Positions 47,709-59,985 of a stretch of DNA of 64,000 nucleotides are shown piece after piece (the stretch's first letter is position 1; each line of letters opens with the position of its first letter). The DNA comes from Picochlorum sp. SENEW3 (Eukaryota): the NCBI GenBank assembly GCA_034226945.1, contig CP120457.1, positions 434,001 through 498,000 on the forward strand, given 5' to 3'. The notes under the pieces were generated by a model. The model searched no databases. It saw nothing but the letters and a program-made list of their open reading frames with translations, and was not told the origin of the DNA. A program made the translations under genes and the position numbers.

Positions 47709-49217
47709 CTACTCGATGACGCGAGATCGATCCTCCCATCGCTGTTCTCCGATGAGCCAGACACGAGTATCTGTGCCATCGACAGCAAGGTCTTCGTCAT
47801 CGCTGTTTCCGCTCTGAATAGAGTCTATATCACTGGGAGATGCATTCTGACCCAGGAGCAACTGCCAGATGGTCTCATCACATGCACCGCTCTCGGGCAG
47901 ACCATTGCATGCTTGGCATGTTTTAATAGCTGTTACTGTAGAGTCACCGTACTGCCACCACTGGAGATCGTCTTCGCCGGGCCAGTACCCTGCGTTCTCG
48001 AGAAGGACATGGAGAGCATGGACTTCCTTGCCACCGTCACCTTCCAGGAGGACTGGCCACTCTGTTCTTGTCGACACCTTTTCCTCAACCTCCACGGAAT
48101 CTGTGTCTTCTATTTCTATATGACCATCCTTGAATATCTTTTCATCGTGGGAATGGGTCTCCTTCACCGATGATGTGGTTGACCCGTGGGTCACATTGAC
48201 CTGTACCGTCTCTGAGGAAAAGAGTTCTGCAAACGGCTTTTGTGGTTTTGTTGTTTCGGTTGCTTTTGATTCTGTCAAAGGATTCATATCTTCTGTCAAA
48301 TCTCTCGACGTTTTATGTTCCAGATCCTCTCCAAGCAGTTCCACCCAGGTGGCCATATCTGCCAAGCCAGACTCTGGGATTCCACTGCATGCCTGAAACG
48401 TCAACAGCGCGCTCTGCGTGGATTCTCCGAATATAAAATCATCTATATCTTCATCTCCAGGGTAGAATCCAGCGTCTACCAGGGCTACATGGAGCTGATT
48501 CACCCAGTAGATGTCATCATCTCCAACCGTCAGGGTGGGTGGTGGGCCTGTAGGAATGACGGGAGTTTCCGCATCGGATACGTCCTCATCAACCAGTACA
48601 GATGTATCTTCTACGCGACCTTTAAAACTCAACGGATCATCTTTTAATATATCCCCATTCTCCACTGCTGCAAAAGCAGCAGCAAAATCATCTTGAATAC
48701 TTGATGATGATGGCCTCACATCCTCCTCATCCATGGATGCTTGTTCCGGAATAACCCCAGAAGCAGCCGTCCCATCAATCCAAGTATCATCTGATGCCTC
48801 GAGACTGCGCATTCGAGACATGACATACATCAATGTATTCCTCAGCTCTTGGTTCTCCTTTGCCAATGACTCTTCCCTCTCCAACCACATCTTCTTCTCC
48901 GCCATATGGAATTCTCTCAATTCATTATACGCCTCTTGTAATCCCTCATACATGGTGGATGCATTCTTGGACATGGATGTGTATAATTCCACCTGTCTAT
49001 CCCATAGTTCAGACTCTCTCTTGTTCAGTTCTGCCGTTCGCTCATCCTCTGGACCCGCTCGGCATATCTTCTGTATGTCTGTAAGTTTCGTACGAGTGCC
49101 TACGAAAGGTGTATGAATGATTCCTATGCGTGCTGACGTCCTATGACCACCGAGGCTCTTAACGACACCCGAAAGACCCGGTGCTCTCGCACGAGGGTGT
49201 ATCGCCAGAGGATTCAT
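47709..49217 (-). CDS. pTAC5-like plastid protein with two peptidoglycan-binding-like domains
   Basis: Transit peptide, coiled coil, two repeats of L..GD....V..LH..L..AG.YPG..D....FG.ST..A..TFQA..G.PESG..D..TW..L, and RVWLIGEQRWED. Confidence 0.78.
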   Translation of the reverse strand: MNPLAIHPRARAPGLSGVVKSLGGHRTSARIGIIHTPFVGTRTKLTDIQKICRAGPEDERTAELNKRESELWDRQVELYTSMSKNASTMYEGLQEAYNELREFHMAEKKMWLEREESLAKENQELRNTLMYVMSRMRSLEASDDTWIDGTAASGVIPEQASMDEEDVRPSSSSIQDDFAAAFAAVENGDILKDDPLSFKGRVEDTSVLVDEDVSDAETPVIPTGPPPTLTVGDDDIYWVNQLHVALVDAGFYPGDEDIDDFIFGESTQSALLTFQACSGIPESGLADMATWVELLGEDLEHKTSRDLTEDMNPLTESKATETTKPQKPFAELFSSETVQVNVTHGSTTSSVKETHSHDEKIFKDGHIEIEDTDSVEVEEKVSTRTEWPVLLEGDGGKEVHALHVLLENAGYWPGEDDLQWWQYGDSTVTAIKTCQACNGLPESGACDETIWQLLLGQNASPSDIDSIQSGNSDDEDLAVDGTDTRVWLIGEQRWEDRSRVIE

Positions 49218-49526
49218 TTTTTCAACAATACATGAAATTCAATGGCATACCCAGGACGAGTCTGATGAAAGGACATCGTGGTTTTCATGTAATGGACAAG
49301 GATTCGGGAATACAAGAATTCCGTATATAGATATATAAAACTTCGCCAACGACCACCCCACGTGTATCCGAGCGCGTTGGCTCACGGATTAGAAGTTTCT
49401 CTTATTTTTATCGATTAATCTAGTGTATTGATCCATCAACACCGTGTCATTGCGAACGAGACAGGAACACGCGGATCTCAACGTCGTACAAGCAATCCAC
49501 TCCAGTGTGACGCATCAAAACACACC

Positions 49527-50272
49527 ATGGCAGATGCAAAAGTACAGAATAATTCTGGAGGACAACAGCCAGAGCATTCTGTTGCATTGGCGCCCCACTC
49601 AGTGGACGAGAATGGGGATGACATTGTTCAGCAACAGAGCAGGTTCAAGGCCCTGACGGATGTGTTTAGTAAACTGCGTGATAATGCTGCTCATAATTTC
49701 AAAAATGTGCGTGAGATTTTGTTTTCCATCAGTGGAGAAGAGGATGCTCATCTGTGTTGTGTGTGTAGGCCAAGCCCATGTCAGAAGTGTTTGACATGAC
49801 CATGTTTTCAAAGCCTAGCTCATTTAATGATGTGCTGTCGCGATTGAGGACGAATGCGACGTATTTCAAAACAAATTATGCTGTGTTGGCAGTAGGAACC
49901 ACAGCGTTGGTGATGTTGTTGAATCCGTGGAGTTTGATTGTGTTGGCTGTGCTGGCATTGGTGTGGTTCTACATGTATGTGATTAAGACGTCGGCTCTTG
50001 TGATTGGAGGAAGAGAGTTTTCTGATAGGGAAAAGTTTTGGTTGATGAGTGGAGGGTCACTATTTGTGATTTTCTTCCTGACAAGTGTTGGGGCGACAAT
50101 CTTTTACTCTTTGGGATTGAGCATGGTGATGATTGCGGCCCATGCGAGTATGAGAATTCCGGATGATACGACGTTGTTTGAAGAACAAGTGCCGGATGAA
50201 GCCAGTAGTTTGACAGGGCTGTTGAGCATGTTCCGACCCAAGGCATCCACTGTTTTTGGTGATGCTGTTTGA
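49527..50272 (+). CDS. PRA1 (prenylated Rab acceptor) family protein
   Basis: FSKPSS...RLRTNATYFKTNY...HASMR. Intron about 49707-49768. Confidence 0.9.
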
Positions 50273-50383
50273 TGATGACTAGAGATTGACAATGATAGTG
50301 ATTGGTATTTTATTCGACTCGTATAATAATAATAGTCATGGTATTTCTCTATTTGTTTTGCATCAATCTAGAATGGCGACGCA

Positions 50384-51459
50384 CTACTGTATTGGATGGC
50401 AGGGTGATGACTGTGCCAAGAGAGGCATGTGGTGGCCTGTCAACACAGGTTCACTCGTCAGATGATGCGTTGTGAATGTATGTACCGTGTGCCCACCCTC
50501 AGCACATAATGCTCCTACATACCCAGGTAGAGGCTCTACAAGTTGGAAGAACCAACAATCTCTTGTGCATGGTTCCTTGTCACTGGGACGGAAATCAATC
50601 TGTTGATGTGCTATATCCAAGACAAATCCAAAAGAGGACATTCCAGGGTGAGCTCCAATCCCACGCCCGATAGCTTTCACGTATGCTTCCTTGAGCGTCC
50701 ATATCCTAACAAACATGCTACGTCTCTCCGGCCCAGGAGGAATATCTGCACGTGACACCAATTAAAATCACACGTCGTGGGCACATGTATTGGTATTCGC
50801 AGCATACCTTGAAGCACTGCCAACTCATCCTGCGAAAAGTATTTCTGTGCTAATTTCATCTCGCGCGTTTCTCTTGCTTGCGCTTCGACGTCAATACCAA
50901 TGGCATTTTCTGTTGATACAGCCACCCCCACAACTCCCCTTGTATGCGTCAGGTTGAACCGGATGGGCGACGGTGCATCCCCACATACCAGCTCGGGCTT
51001 TCCATGCTTGTTCCTAGAAAACACAAGATCGCAAGGACTCGCCGTCATGGTGGGGTATTCCGCCAGAACCCGTCTCAGATAGGCTCGAGCAACAAGCCTA
51101 TCAACCACAGGTTGCTTCCCTCTAGAAGACTGCGCTATGGCGGCGTTCAATTCATCCACCTCTTCTTGATGCAATACGTCTCTACACTCTGTATACGTGC
51201 GCTCTCTCACGTCGATATCGTCGACCAAAGGCATCGGCAACCACCAGAGATGCACATGTCCTGGCAGAGGTGCATCTCGATTCCCAATACTGCGTGTACG
51301 ATCAACTCTGAAATCATCCGTGTGAGATTTTGATTTGACACTGGATAGAGACGTGGTATGTATATATCGATGATACCAATACCGGTGTACAGGTGTCGTC
51401 CTGAGTCGAACAGACATGCTGCCCAAGAGAAGGTGCTTTACCATTGCCATGTGTTTCAT
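50384..51459 (-). CDS. Sfp-type 4'-phosphopantetheinyl transferase
   Basis: HGKP, FNLTHT, IGIDVE, WTLKEAYVKAIGRG. One intron. Confidence 0.9.
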
Positions 51460-51725
51460 GTGCTACAATGATCATGGCCCATTTCTATTCTGGATGATAT
51501 CAAAAACCCATGTCAAAAATACCTTGAGAAATAATAATAGAACGCCAGGGAGGCCTATGCATCTCATCATCACGATGACGCTCTTGAAAAACATCAATCC
51601 CAGCAGAGATGCAGCTCATCATCCCGATTCTGCAACAAAATGGGATTTCCATACCATGTACACTTTGCATCTACTGTATTATTGATGATTTTGAATAATT
51701 AATGGCATAGAAAGCGGTCTGCAGG

Positions 51726-52429
51726 ATGGTGAACATAAAACTTGAATTCAGGTGGGTTTTGCATGTCAGTAGTACGCAACCTTTTTTATGAAGATGTATA
51801 GCATCTTCTAGTTGCGTCGATCATATAGACCTAGACTGATCAAGATCTCGTGTGTCTTGGATATCGCACGAATACTAGCAATCGACAAGGAGAACCTGTC
51901 TTGTTGTTGTTCCATATTTCTCAGAACAATAACAATATTGCTATTGCAGTGGAGGGATGGAGTTGCTATTCGACAACCAACGCAGCATAGATGTAGATAT
52001 TCCTATGACTGCAGCGATAGGTAGTGATATGACTGTCAGAGATGCGATGATATGGATGCGAGATCATCTATTGAAGGAGAGGCCAGAGATGTTTATGAAG
52101 GATGATACAATGTATGTGGTTTGATGGCTCAACGCATGTTGTACGAGTGCTAATATATAATCGTATATGCAGTCGGCCTGGTGTGCTTGTTTTGGTGAAT
52201 GATGCGGACTGGGAGCTCAGGTATGTGTCTGTTGGCCTCTTCTTCTTCTCATCCCCATGGTGGTGGTGGTGGTATGAGAAGCGCCGTGCAACATAATATA
52301 TATTCCACGCGGCATGATGCACGTATTCTATCCATCATGAATCTTCTTCTTGCGTGCAGTGGACTAGAAGAATCGGTGATTGAAGATGGGGACACACTGA
52401 CCTTTATTTCCACTCTTCACGGCGGATGA
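51726..52429 (+). CDS. URM1: Ubiquitin-related modifier 1 (4 exons)
   Basis: MVNIKLEF|GGMELLF...LLKERPEMF...|RPGVLVLVNDADWEL|...FISTLHGG*. Confidence 0.92.
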
Positions 52430-52904
52430 GCTGCCATGGCCATGGCAAGAATCAGCGCGCCAATCGGATCGTCGTCGATTCCAATGATACGCAGTCTCAC
52501 CTTGACGCCTGTCAATGCAATGAATGAGGCAGCCACGTGGCAAATGCATAGACCCGCCACCGGTGATCACGAGCAAGTCGGGATTGATCAGTCCCCCCAT
52601 TCGATGGCCAAGCCCCCTGGGGGCCCCTTTGGATCCAGGGGGGGGACAAAGCACCAGTACCATCCAATGTTGGTATATTCTCTTCTTGAGAGAGCCTATC
52701 ATTCTACGTACTTTATTAATGATGAATCAAGTTTAAATCTTGCGACAATATTCTCAAGAGTGTGATACATCCAAGCGTGTACAGTTGAACCCGTTGCTGC
52801 GCTGGCTGCTCGACCTGGCCGTGTTTGAACACAACTCCAAATACAACGCAGAATCGTCATCACAGACGCGTGATTCATCATTCCTCAGCTAGTTTATTCA
52901 TACA

Positions 52905-54015
52905 ATGGTATATATCCATGTATTCCGATGGCTAGTAGTCACATTATTCGCCATAGTGGCGTCATACCCCGTGCTTGGTAGAAGGGATCTCTTGAAGAGG
53001 ACCAAAAGGGGGAAGGGGGGTTGGACGCTGATATGGCAGGATGAGTTTGACTTTTTTGATACCAACAAGTGGGAACATCAATATGAAGATGGTTGCCATA
53101 TTGGCGTGTGTCAATGGGGCAATAGAGAGCAGGTGAGTGATGGGAAGGCCATGCCTGTAGTGCCTCCTGCCATGTCTATGCGATATTCGATTCTAAAACG
53201 AGCATGATGTCTTGCAGTCTTGGTACACTGATAAAAATGCCATGGTTAATGGAGGTAGGCTGCGGATTCAAGCGCGAGAAGAAAAGGGGCAACTGCGTGG
53301 GAGGGTCCAGCAAAACTGCTGGGACTATTGTGGACACTTGTGTGCTCAAAAGGGATTAGTTGGAGACGTCCTTTCTGGGTGCGTCCAAGACTGTGGCGCC
53401 AACAGGTGTCCTCAGGCCCGCTTTACCTCCTCGAGAATACGAACATTTGGAAAATTCAGCATTGCACCCAGTGACACCTACCAGGTGGTCAGGATTGAGG
53501 CCAGGATCAAGCTGAGCTCTGGCAAAGGGCTCTGGCCAGCCTTTTGGATGCTACCAGAAGAAGGGGCAAGACCAGATTGCTCAGGGTGCGGAAAGTATGG
53601 CGAATGGCCTGCGTCCGGTGAGATTGACATCATGGAGACGTTTGGCCAGATGAAGGGTGTGAATGGGACTCTTCACTTTGGAGGGGTTGGAGCATGGTCT
53701 CATCTCACGAGGAGCACAGAGCTCAAGCCTGGATACCATGTATACGCCCTGGAATGGGAGAGAGATGAAATCAGATGGTATTTAGATGATGAACAGTACG
53801 GTCGCGTTCGTCGAGCGACTATTTCCACTCCTGGGTGGTGGACCACTGGCTCTGAGACTGGGCCATTCGATGTCAATTTTCACATTCTTCTCAACCTCGC
53901 CATTGGCGGAGAGTATACAGGAAATGTATCACCTGATGAGATATCTAGAACCCTCGAACAAGGCCAAAATACCATGGATGTAGACTTTGTGAGGGTGTAT
54001 GGCAAGAAACGATGA
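52905..54015 (+). CDS. Secreted GH16 beta-1,3-glucanase (laminarinase-like), copy 1
   Basis: Signal peptide, WQDEFD, WGNREQ, GLWPAFWMLP, WPASGEIDIME. Intron 53133-53217. Confidence 0.92.
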
Positions 54016-54274
54016 CCATGAGTCATGTACTGTGTTTGAACATTGATTGTCGGAACGAACAACCTGAACTGTTACGTCACTCTCGTTATCATTACTTGTA
54101 TTATTATTATTCCTTTTTTAAGACATATTCGATATCCATAAACTGCAGAGCACGCAGAAACAACAAGATTCTCGGCACCACAATGCCGGTACTTTCGATC
54201 CACCAGTCATCCAGAGTCTCGTACAGTATCGCATATCTACTACGCAGATGAATTCATTCACAAGAAGAATCAGA

Positions 54275-55446
54275 ATGAGAAGAAACGAGGGTGGCGTGAT
54301 TGCTTGGGTTTCTGTTTTCGGACCATGGTGGTTCTTGTTGTTGTTGGGGTGTTTGGCACACGTGGCAGAGGCTGAGGTTGTTGTGTCCTGTGACTCATCT
54401 GGATGGAAGACGCTTTGGCAGGACGATTTTAATGGGAATGAATTAAACCCAGATGTATGGAAGTATGAATTGTATGATGCGTGGCAGTATGGGTTTGGGA
54501 AATGGGGGAACAAGGAAGTGCAGTTTTATACAAAATCTAATGTCAAGGTGGAGGATGGGGTGTTGAAGCTGGTTGCCGAGTATGAGCCCGACTCGGATCG
54601 GTTGTTTCAATTATGTTGGGATGAGTGTTATCAGCGTTGCGTTGCTGATGGGAAAGTTGAGGGAACGGATGGGTTTCGGTATGTGTACACACAAGAGACA
54701 CGGTTGGTAAATTTTTTCATGTGTGCTGTTTGCTCTTCAGGGGTTGCATGGATGGGTGTGGCAACACTGGAAATAGATGTAACAATGTTCGGTCGGTTGG
54801 GATTAGCTCTGGGCGGGTGTACACGGCATCTGAGCGCTTTCAACCTACAGTAGAATACCCAGTGCTTCGAGTGGAGGCAGAGATTCGGGTTCCAGCTGGC
54901 TTGGGATTGTGGGGGGCATTTTGGATGTTACCGTGGTCAGAGTACCTAGTTGATGTGGCTCCTGGAGAGGGTATATATGGCCCTTGGCCGGCATCTGGAG
55001 AAATTGACGTGATGGAGACGACAAATGATATGGACTTTGTGAATGGGTCGATTCATTTTGGGGGGCCTTTGGAGGATGGATTGCACCAAATGATTGTTTC
55101 TTCGACTCCATTGGATCCTCCTGCAACAGAATATCACGTGTTTGGGGTGGAATGGCATTTTGGATTGGTTCGATGGTATGTTGATGGGGTGTATTATGGG
55201 CATGCAACAAGTCAGTATGGTCCTCAGTGTGTTTCAGATAGACAGTGGTTTACGACGGCAGACTGGGGCAGTGAGCACAAGCCTTTTGATCAGCCATTCT
55301 ACCCGTTGCTTAATTTCGCTGTTGGTGGGTACTATCCAGAGCAAGCGGCAGGAAGACCAATTAGTGTAGAAGAGTTGCAAGAGACATTAAAGACACCCAA
55401 AGTCATGGAAGTGAATTACATTAAAGTGTGTGGATTTGAAATCTGA
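54275..55446 (+). CDS. Secreted GH16 beta-1,3-glucanase (laminarinase-like), copy 2
   Basis: WQDDFNG, WGNKEVQFY, GLWGAFWMLP, WPASGEIDVME, PFDQPFY. Intron about 54679-54740. Confidence 0.92.
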
Positions 55447-55482
55447 TACTGTCTACTCAAACAATGTAAGAATACATTGTCA

Positions 55483-58400
55483 TTACGCTCTTCTCGATGA
55501 CCGGGTTCTTCTTGTGCGTGTTTGAGGGGCTTGCTCTGTTGCTGGGCAAACAGCCTGTTTTCCCTTTGCAGCCCTTTTTGGTGCATTTTCTTTCGCCTTT
55601 TTAGGTGCTGGTTTCGAGTCGTCGCTTGCAGCGTTTCTCTTTTTTCCTCGTTGAGATGTCTGTTTCGGAGCAACGTTTGCTGCTTTCTTGGCTTCTTTGC
55701 AGTCTTGACAGAACCAGTCACCCTTGGGCACACGCTTGCGGATTGGCTTGCAACAGTGCAAGTGGCATGCATTGTCACACGAATCGCATAGTAAGAGAAT
55801 GTCTCCATCATTTCCAGTTTTGCAGACATGACAGATATCCTCTGGTGTGTCCTCATTCTCGTCTTCAGAGTGAGAGTCCTCATGATGTTCCAATGGGGGC
55901 ATCTCCTCGTCATTGTTGCCGTCATCCATGTCCTTTTCAAGGTCTCGGTCCTCCTGCTCTTCGTTATCATATATCCATTTTGGCATTTTAATGTCATCCA
56001 AGAAGACTTGCATCTCGTCTCCATTGGAAATTCTGCGAACACTCTTGCACAGTGTCCTGACAGAGCGAGGTGGTCTCTTGTTGATCTTGATTGTTTCTGG
56101 AGTCACCATTTCAGGTCTTGCAGCTTCCGGTCTCACAACAACAACGCTTCCCGCAATTTCAACATTTGTAGAGGGCACTGCAGGTGTATGAGCAACGACA
56201 ATGACTCTGGATTCCTCTTCCATGGGTGCTTCTTCCTCTTCCTCCTCGCCCTCTGAAGGGAGGTCTCTCTCTTGGTCTTCCCTAACTTTGATCAGTTCTT
56301 TCAGTGTATTTTGCAATTCTATGCGCTTAGCTTTTTCAGCTTTATATTTTGAGGATAAAATTCTGGCTGTCGCCCTCATTTTGGCGAACCGTTTTGCAGA
56401 GCGTCTCAGATGCTTGCCCAAAACCAATGCTTGGGATCTGTATGCTTTTGCTTGAACCATGACAGTTCTCAACCCATGGGCACTGCGAGATGCCTTCTTT
56501 GGAATAACCTTGTTAGCGGGTGATGCTTGTTCCTCAGGCATGCTGTCTGCCTCGGCACCAAACACAAGTCTAACCTGTGGGTTGTCAGTCTTGAATGTGC
56601 TTCCCTTTTCAACAATGGCAATACGAACTCCTGGAGTCTTCCGTGCAGATTTCTTCACAGATGCTACGCGATCCATTGCGTCAGCCAATTCGTGCACAGC
56701 ATGGCCAACACTTCTCAATGTTGCAATTTCCTCAGCTCCATCCTCTGTTGCCTCGTGGATGTCTCCAATCTCCGACATGGACTTTTCCAAATTCTTCAAC
56801 GCTTTCACTGCAGATTTTGCTGCAGGAGTCCATCTCATAAAATCTTCTGGCAAGTCGTACTCAATTTTCTCTGATGGAGTTTTCGACTTTTTACTGGCAA
56901 CTGTGACTGGTGTGAACCTCATGAAATTTTTTGGCAAATCATAGGCCATGCCATTTGTCGAACTGGTCTCCTTCTTCGTCGATGCCATGGGAGTAAATCG
57001 CATGAATCCTTTTGGTAATTCGTACTCCATATCTTCCAGACCACCGCTGGCAGATTTAATGCTCTTCCTACGCTTTGGCTCTGTGAGAGGAGTGAACCTC
57101 ATGAAGCCCTTGGGCAAATCAAACTCAACACTGCCTTCCTCCGAATCTTTCCCCTGGACAATCTTAGTAGGGGCTGACATTGGTGTAAATCTCATAAAAT
57201 CCTTTGGTAGATCAAACTTGACATCTCCATCTTCGTCGATAGATGACATTGAGAGCCGTTTGCTCATATCTTTTAAGGAGTGAGCCCCATCAGAAGATTT
57301 TCTCTTGGACTTGGTCGTGGACATGGGAGTAAATCTCATAAATCCTGCAGGAAGCTCAAACTGTACATCGTGTTCCTCAGCAATCTCTCCGAGTTTCGTC
57401 GCAAGCGCGTTAAAATCCACTTCAGCTCCCACGTTGTTGACTGTAACATGCTTGGATGCTGTCACAGGTGTAGATGCCGGGGCTTGAGCTCCATTCTGTT
57501 GACATCCTGGTGTATTTTCTACGCCAGCACCATCAAACTCAAGCTTACTGGATCTCTGCATTGGAGTAACGCTTTTGGCATGAACGTGTTTTACAGACCC
57601 AGGGGTATCCTGCGCACCCAGGGACTCTTTCTTGCTTTGTTTTGAGACCACCGTCTCAACGTGTGCCTCCTCTTCCCTCTCATCCTTCTCCATGGTGGCA
57701 AATCCCCATTTTGAGAACGCAACAGTATCATCCTCAACAAGTACACTTTGTTCTCCTTTTGGGACACAGCGAATAGTCATTGTCGCATCACATGCTTGAC
57801 CTTCTGGTGTGCCAGCCACAAATCTCACACTCTTCCTCTTTGACTTGCCCACATTTGGGGTCATTACATGTGCCGCATTTTCAGCTGCAACAACAACCCG
57901 CTCAAAAATTCTCTGCACCATGTCTGACACCATGCCTGAAATCACAGCCATGTCCTCACTGAGGACAGGGTCATCATCACAGGGGCTGTCATCCTCCATT
58001 GGATCTTTTTCCTCTTCAACATCTTCCTCCATGACATCTGGCGCCTCAACATGCTCTTCTTCTTTGTGAACATCTGGTGCCTCAATATGCTCTTCTTCTT
58101 TTTGAACATCTGGTGCCTCAACATCTCCTTGCATTGCGACTGGCGCCTCTTCAACCTTTTCACCAGCATCTGGCAACTTGATGGCATTGTCGTGGCCCTC
58201 CTCCTCCTTCTTTTCCTCTTCCATGACATAATTATCAGCAGGAGCAACCATAGCATCATGGTGCACCTCCTCAGGAATCCTGTTGATCACACTTGACGCA
58301 GCCAAAGGAGACCGCACCTTGTCCACTCGACTCACCCCCTGGAAGTGAAACTCTCTCGTTCTCCCTTCCAAAAGCACCTCAATCGTATCCTTCGTCTGAA

Positions 58401-58747
58401 GCACCTTGGACGACAACACCTGTTCCCCATTCAATAAAACAGGCTCCCGACCCAAGCTTCTGATACAGACATTCCCATCCTGATTGACATACACTTCCAA
58501 GTGTCTCCGTGACACTTCTTTGTTAACAATCCTAATATCACATGCTTGATCCCTGCATTCATGACACAGAAAGAGGAGATGAAATCGCATCCGACCGGTC
58601 CAACCACCTCGTAACCGTCTCGACCCAGCGAGAGATTCGCACGTGACCGACTTACCTTCCGATCAGAACACTCTCCTTCTCAATAGGATACTCTAATTGA
58701 GATTTACCATTCTTATTTGGAATCAGCAGCGTTCCATACAGAACCAT
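55483..58747 (-). CDS. FHA, repeat and PHD-finger protein (Ki-67-like architecture)
   Basis: Exon 58747-58656 joins 58552. FHA motif LIGR|DQACDIRI...VSRRH...NG, KSVRF motif, 6 repeats, PHD finger CHVC...LLCDSC...HLHC...PKGDWFCQDC. Confidence 0.82.
56822..57362 (-). repeat. Six coding repeats (F/Y)(E/D)LPxxFMR(F/W)TP
   Basis: FELPAGFMRFTP, FDLPKDFMRFTP, FDLPKGFMRFTP, YELPKGFMRFTP, YDLPKNFMRFTP, YDLPEDFMRWTP. Confidence 0.95.
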
Positions 58748-59154
58748 GGTGAACAATGGTCGGTACCGGTCTCAATGAAATTGGATTTGGACTCGTTCAC
58801 TCTTGTACTCAGAGACTACAATATCCTATGTATGTATAAAACACATGTACTATATAATTACAAATAGATCTGGACCATGGCGATTGATGTTGCATGGATC
58901 CATGTGTATGTCGTCATGACATTGGGGTTCGACGTAACGAACCCCATCAAGCATGGGCTTTGACCGACCTCATTTTTTTATTAGTATGTGTTACATTCTC
59001 ACAGTACACAAGGAGTAGAATAGAATAGAATGATGGAGAAGAAGAATATGTATGTATGTATAAATGTCTTCTCTCTCTTTTTTGCTCACTTTTCCAACAC
59101 TGAGCATGCATCATGTACTGCTGTTGCTGGTTGGGGCCTTAAGCCCACAAAAAA

Positions 59155-59985
59155 TCAAGGGCGGGCTTGGTGTCCCAACATATCTAGCAAGGATCGCACT
59201 TTTCTGCTTAATCCTGACAATCTTCTCTTGGATGCTGATGGACCTGATGATGTATTATCCCGAATATCCACCGATGTTGGCCTGTCCTGTTGCTGCATGC
59301 CACCAGGCATGGACACATGCCTCTGCAATGGCTGCTCTGGCGTGGCTGGTTGATAAACCCCACATGGCCTGCTATCGCTATAGGAGGCATATTCGACACC
59401 CTCAGGCTCCTCAATACCCTCACTTCTCATCTCCCTATCAAAGTTCACTGGCAATGAACTGGTCCTGATTGGACCATGATATGGCTGATGGTGATCTGTC
59501 CCCCCAGGGGAAGAAGCTCTGCGTGCAGCAGACAGCGCAGCACAGTGCACAGCAGCATCATATGCACCAGCACCTTGTAAAGTAAGCAATGATCCCAGTT
59601 CGGGAACTGTAGGCTCGTCACATGTAAACGTGATGTTCAACTCAGAGTCCTCTGGAAGATTAAATGCCCTTCTAATTGCCTCTGTGAACTTGGCATACCC
59701 ATCTGGTCCTGGCTCAACCTCAAAGCTGTATGTCCTTCCATCAAAATTGACATTCATAATAGCTGGAGGAGTCTCGTCGGCAGCAGCCGCTGGAGTCAGA
59801 GTCTTCCTCCAATCGGGAAGCGCCGTGTCACAAAATTCACAGTGGGTCTCTCTACGTGTCCCAGCAGACTGAAGCTGCCACCGCGCAAGGCAACGCTTGT
59901 GCGCTGTTCTAGGACATTTACACGGGTATATAAGTTCACCTCCGATGTCTAGGCATATCCAACACAACGGAGCGTCGTCCTGCAT
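59155..59985 (-). CDS. RING-CH (RINGv) E3 ligase with PB1/ubiquitin-like domain
   Basis: CWIC...PCKC...H..CLARWQLQSAG...CEFC, then F...IRRAF.L...LNITFTCDEP...YDAAVHCA. Confidence 0.85.
   Translation of the reverse strand: MQDDAPLCWICLDIGGELIYPCKCPRTAHKRCLARWQLQSAGTRRETHCEFCDTALPDWRKTLTPAAAADETPPAIMNVNFDGRTYSFEVEPGPDGYAKFTEAIRRAFNLPEDSELNITFTCDEPTVPELGSLLTLQGAGAYDAAVHCAALSAARRASSPGGTDHHQPYHGPIRTSSLPVNFDREMRSEGIEEPEGVEYASYSDSRPCGVYQPATPEQPLQRHVSMPGGMQQQDRPTSVDIRDNTSSGPSASKRRLSGLSRKVRSLLDMLGHQARP

Noticed and set aside
50384..51459. PPTase plus adenylate-forming enzyme as an NRPS/PKS cluster
   Set aside because: There is no carrier, condensation or ketosynthase domain in the window, and the ligase has AAE3/PCS60-type motifs.
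41713..52429. UFM1 and URM1 as a ubiquitin-like modifier cluster
   Set aside because: They are about 10 kb apart with unrelated genes between them and no E1/E2 partners, so probably coincidence.
56822..57362. Regularly spaced DNA repeats as a CRISPR-like array
   Set aside because: The repeats are conserved at protein level with synonymous variation, sit inside a CDS in a eukaryotic context, and have no cas genes.
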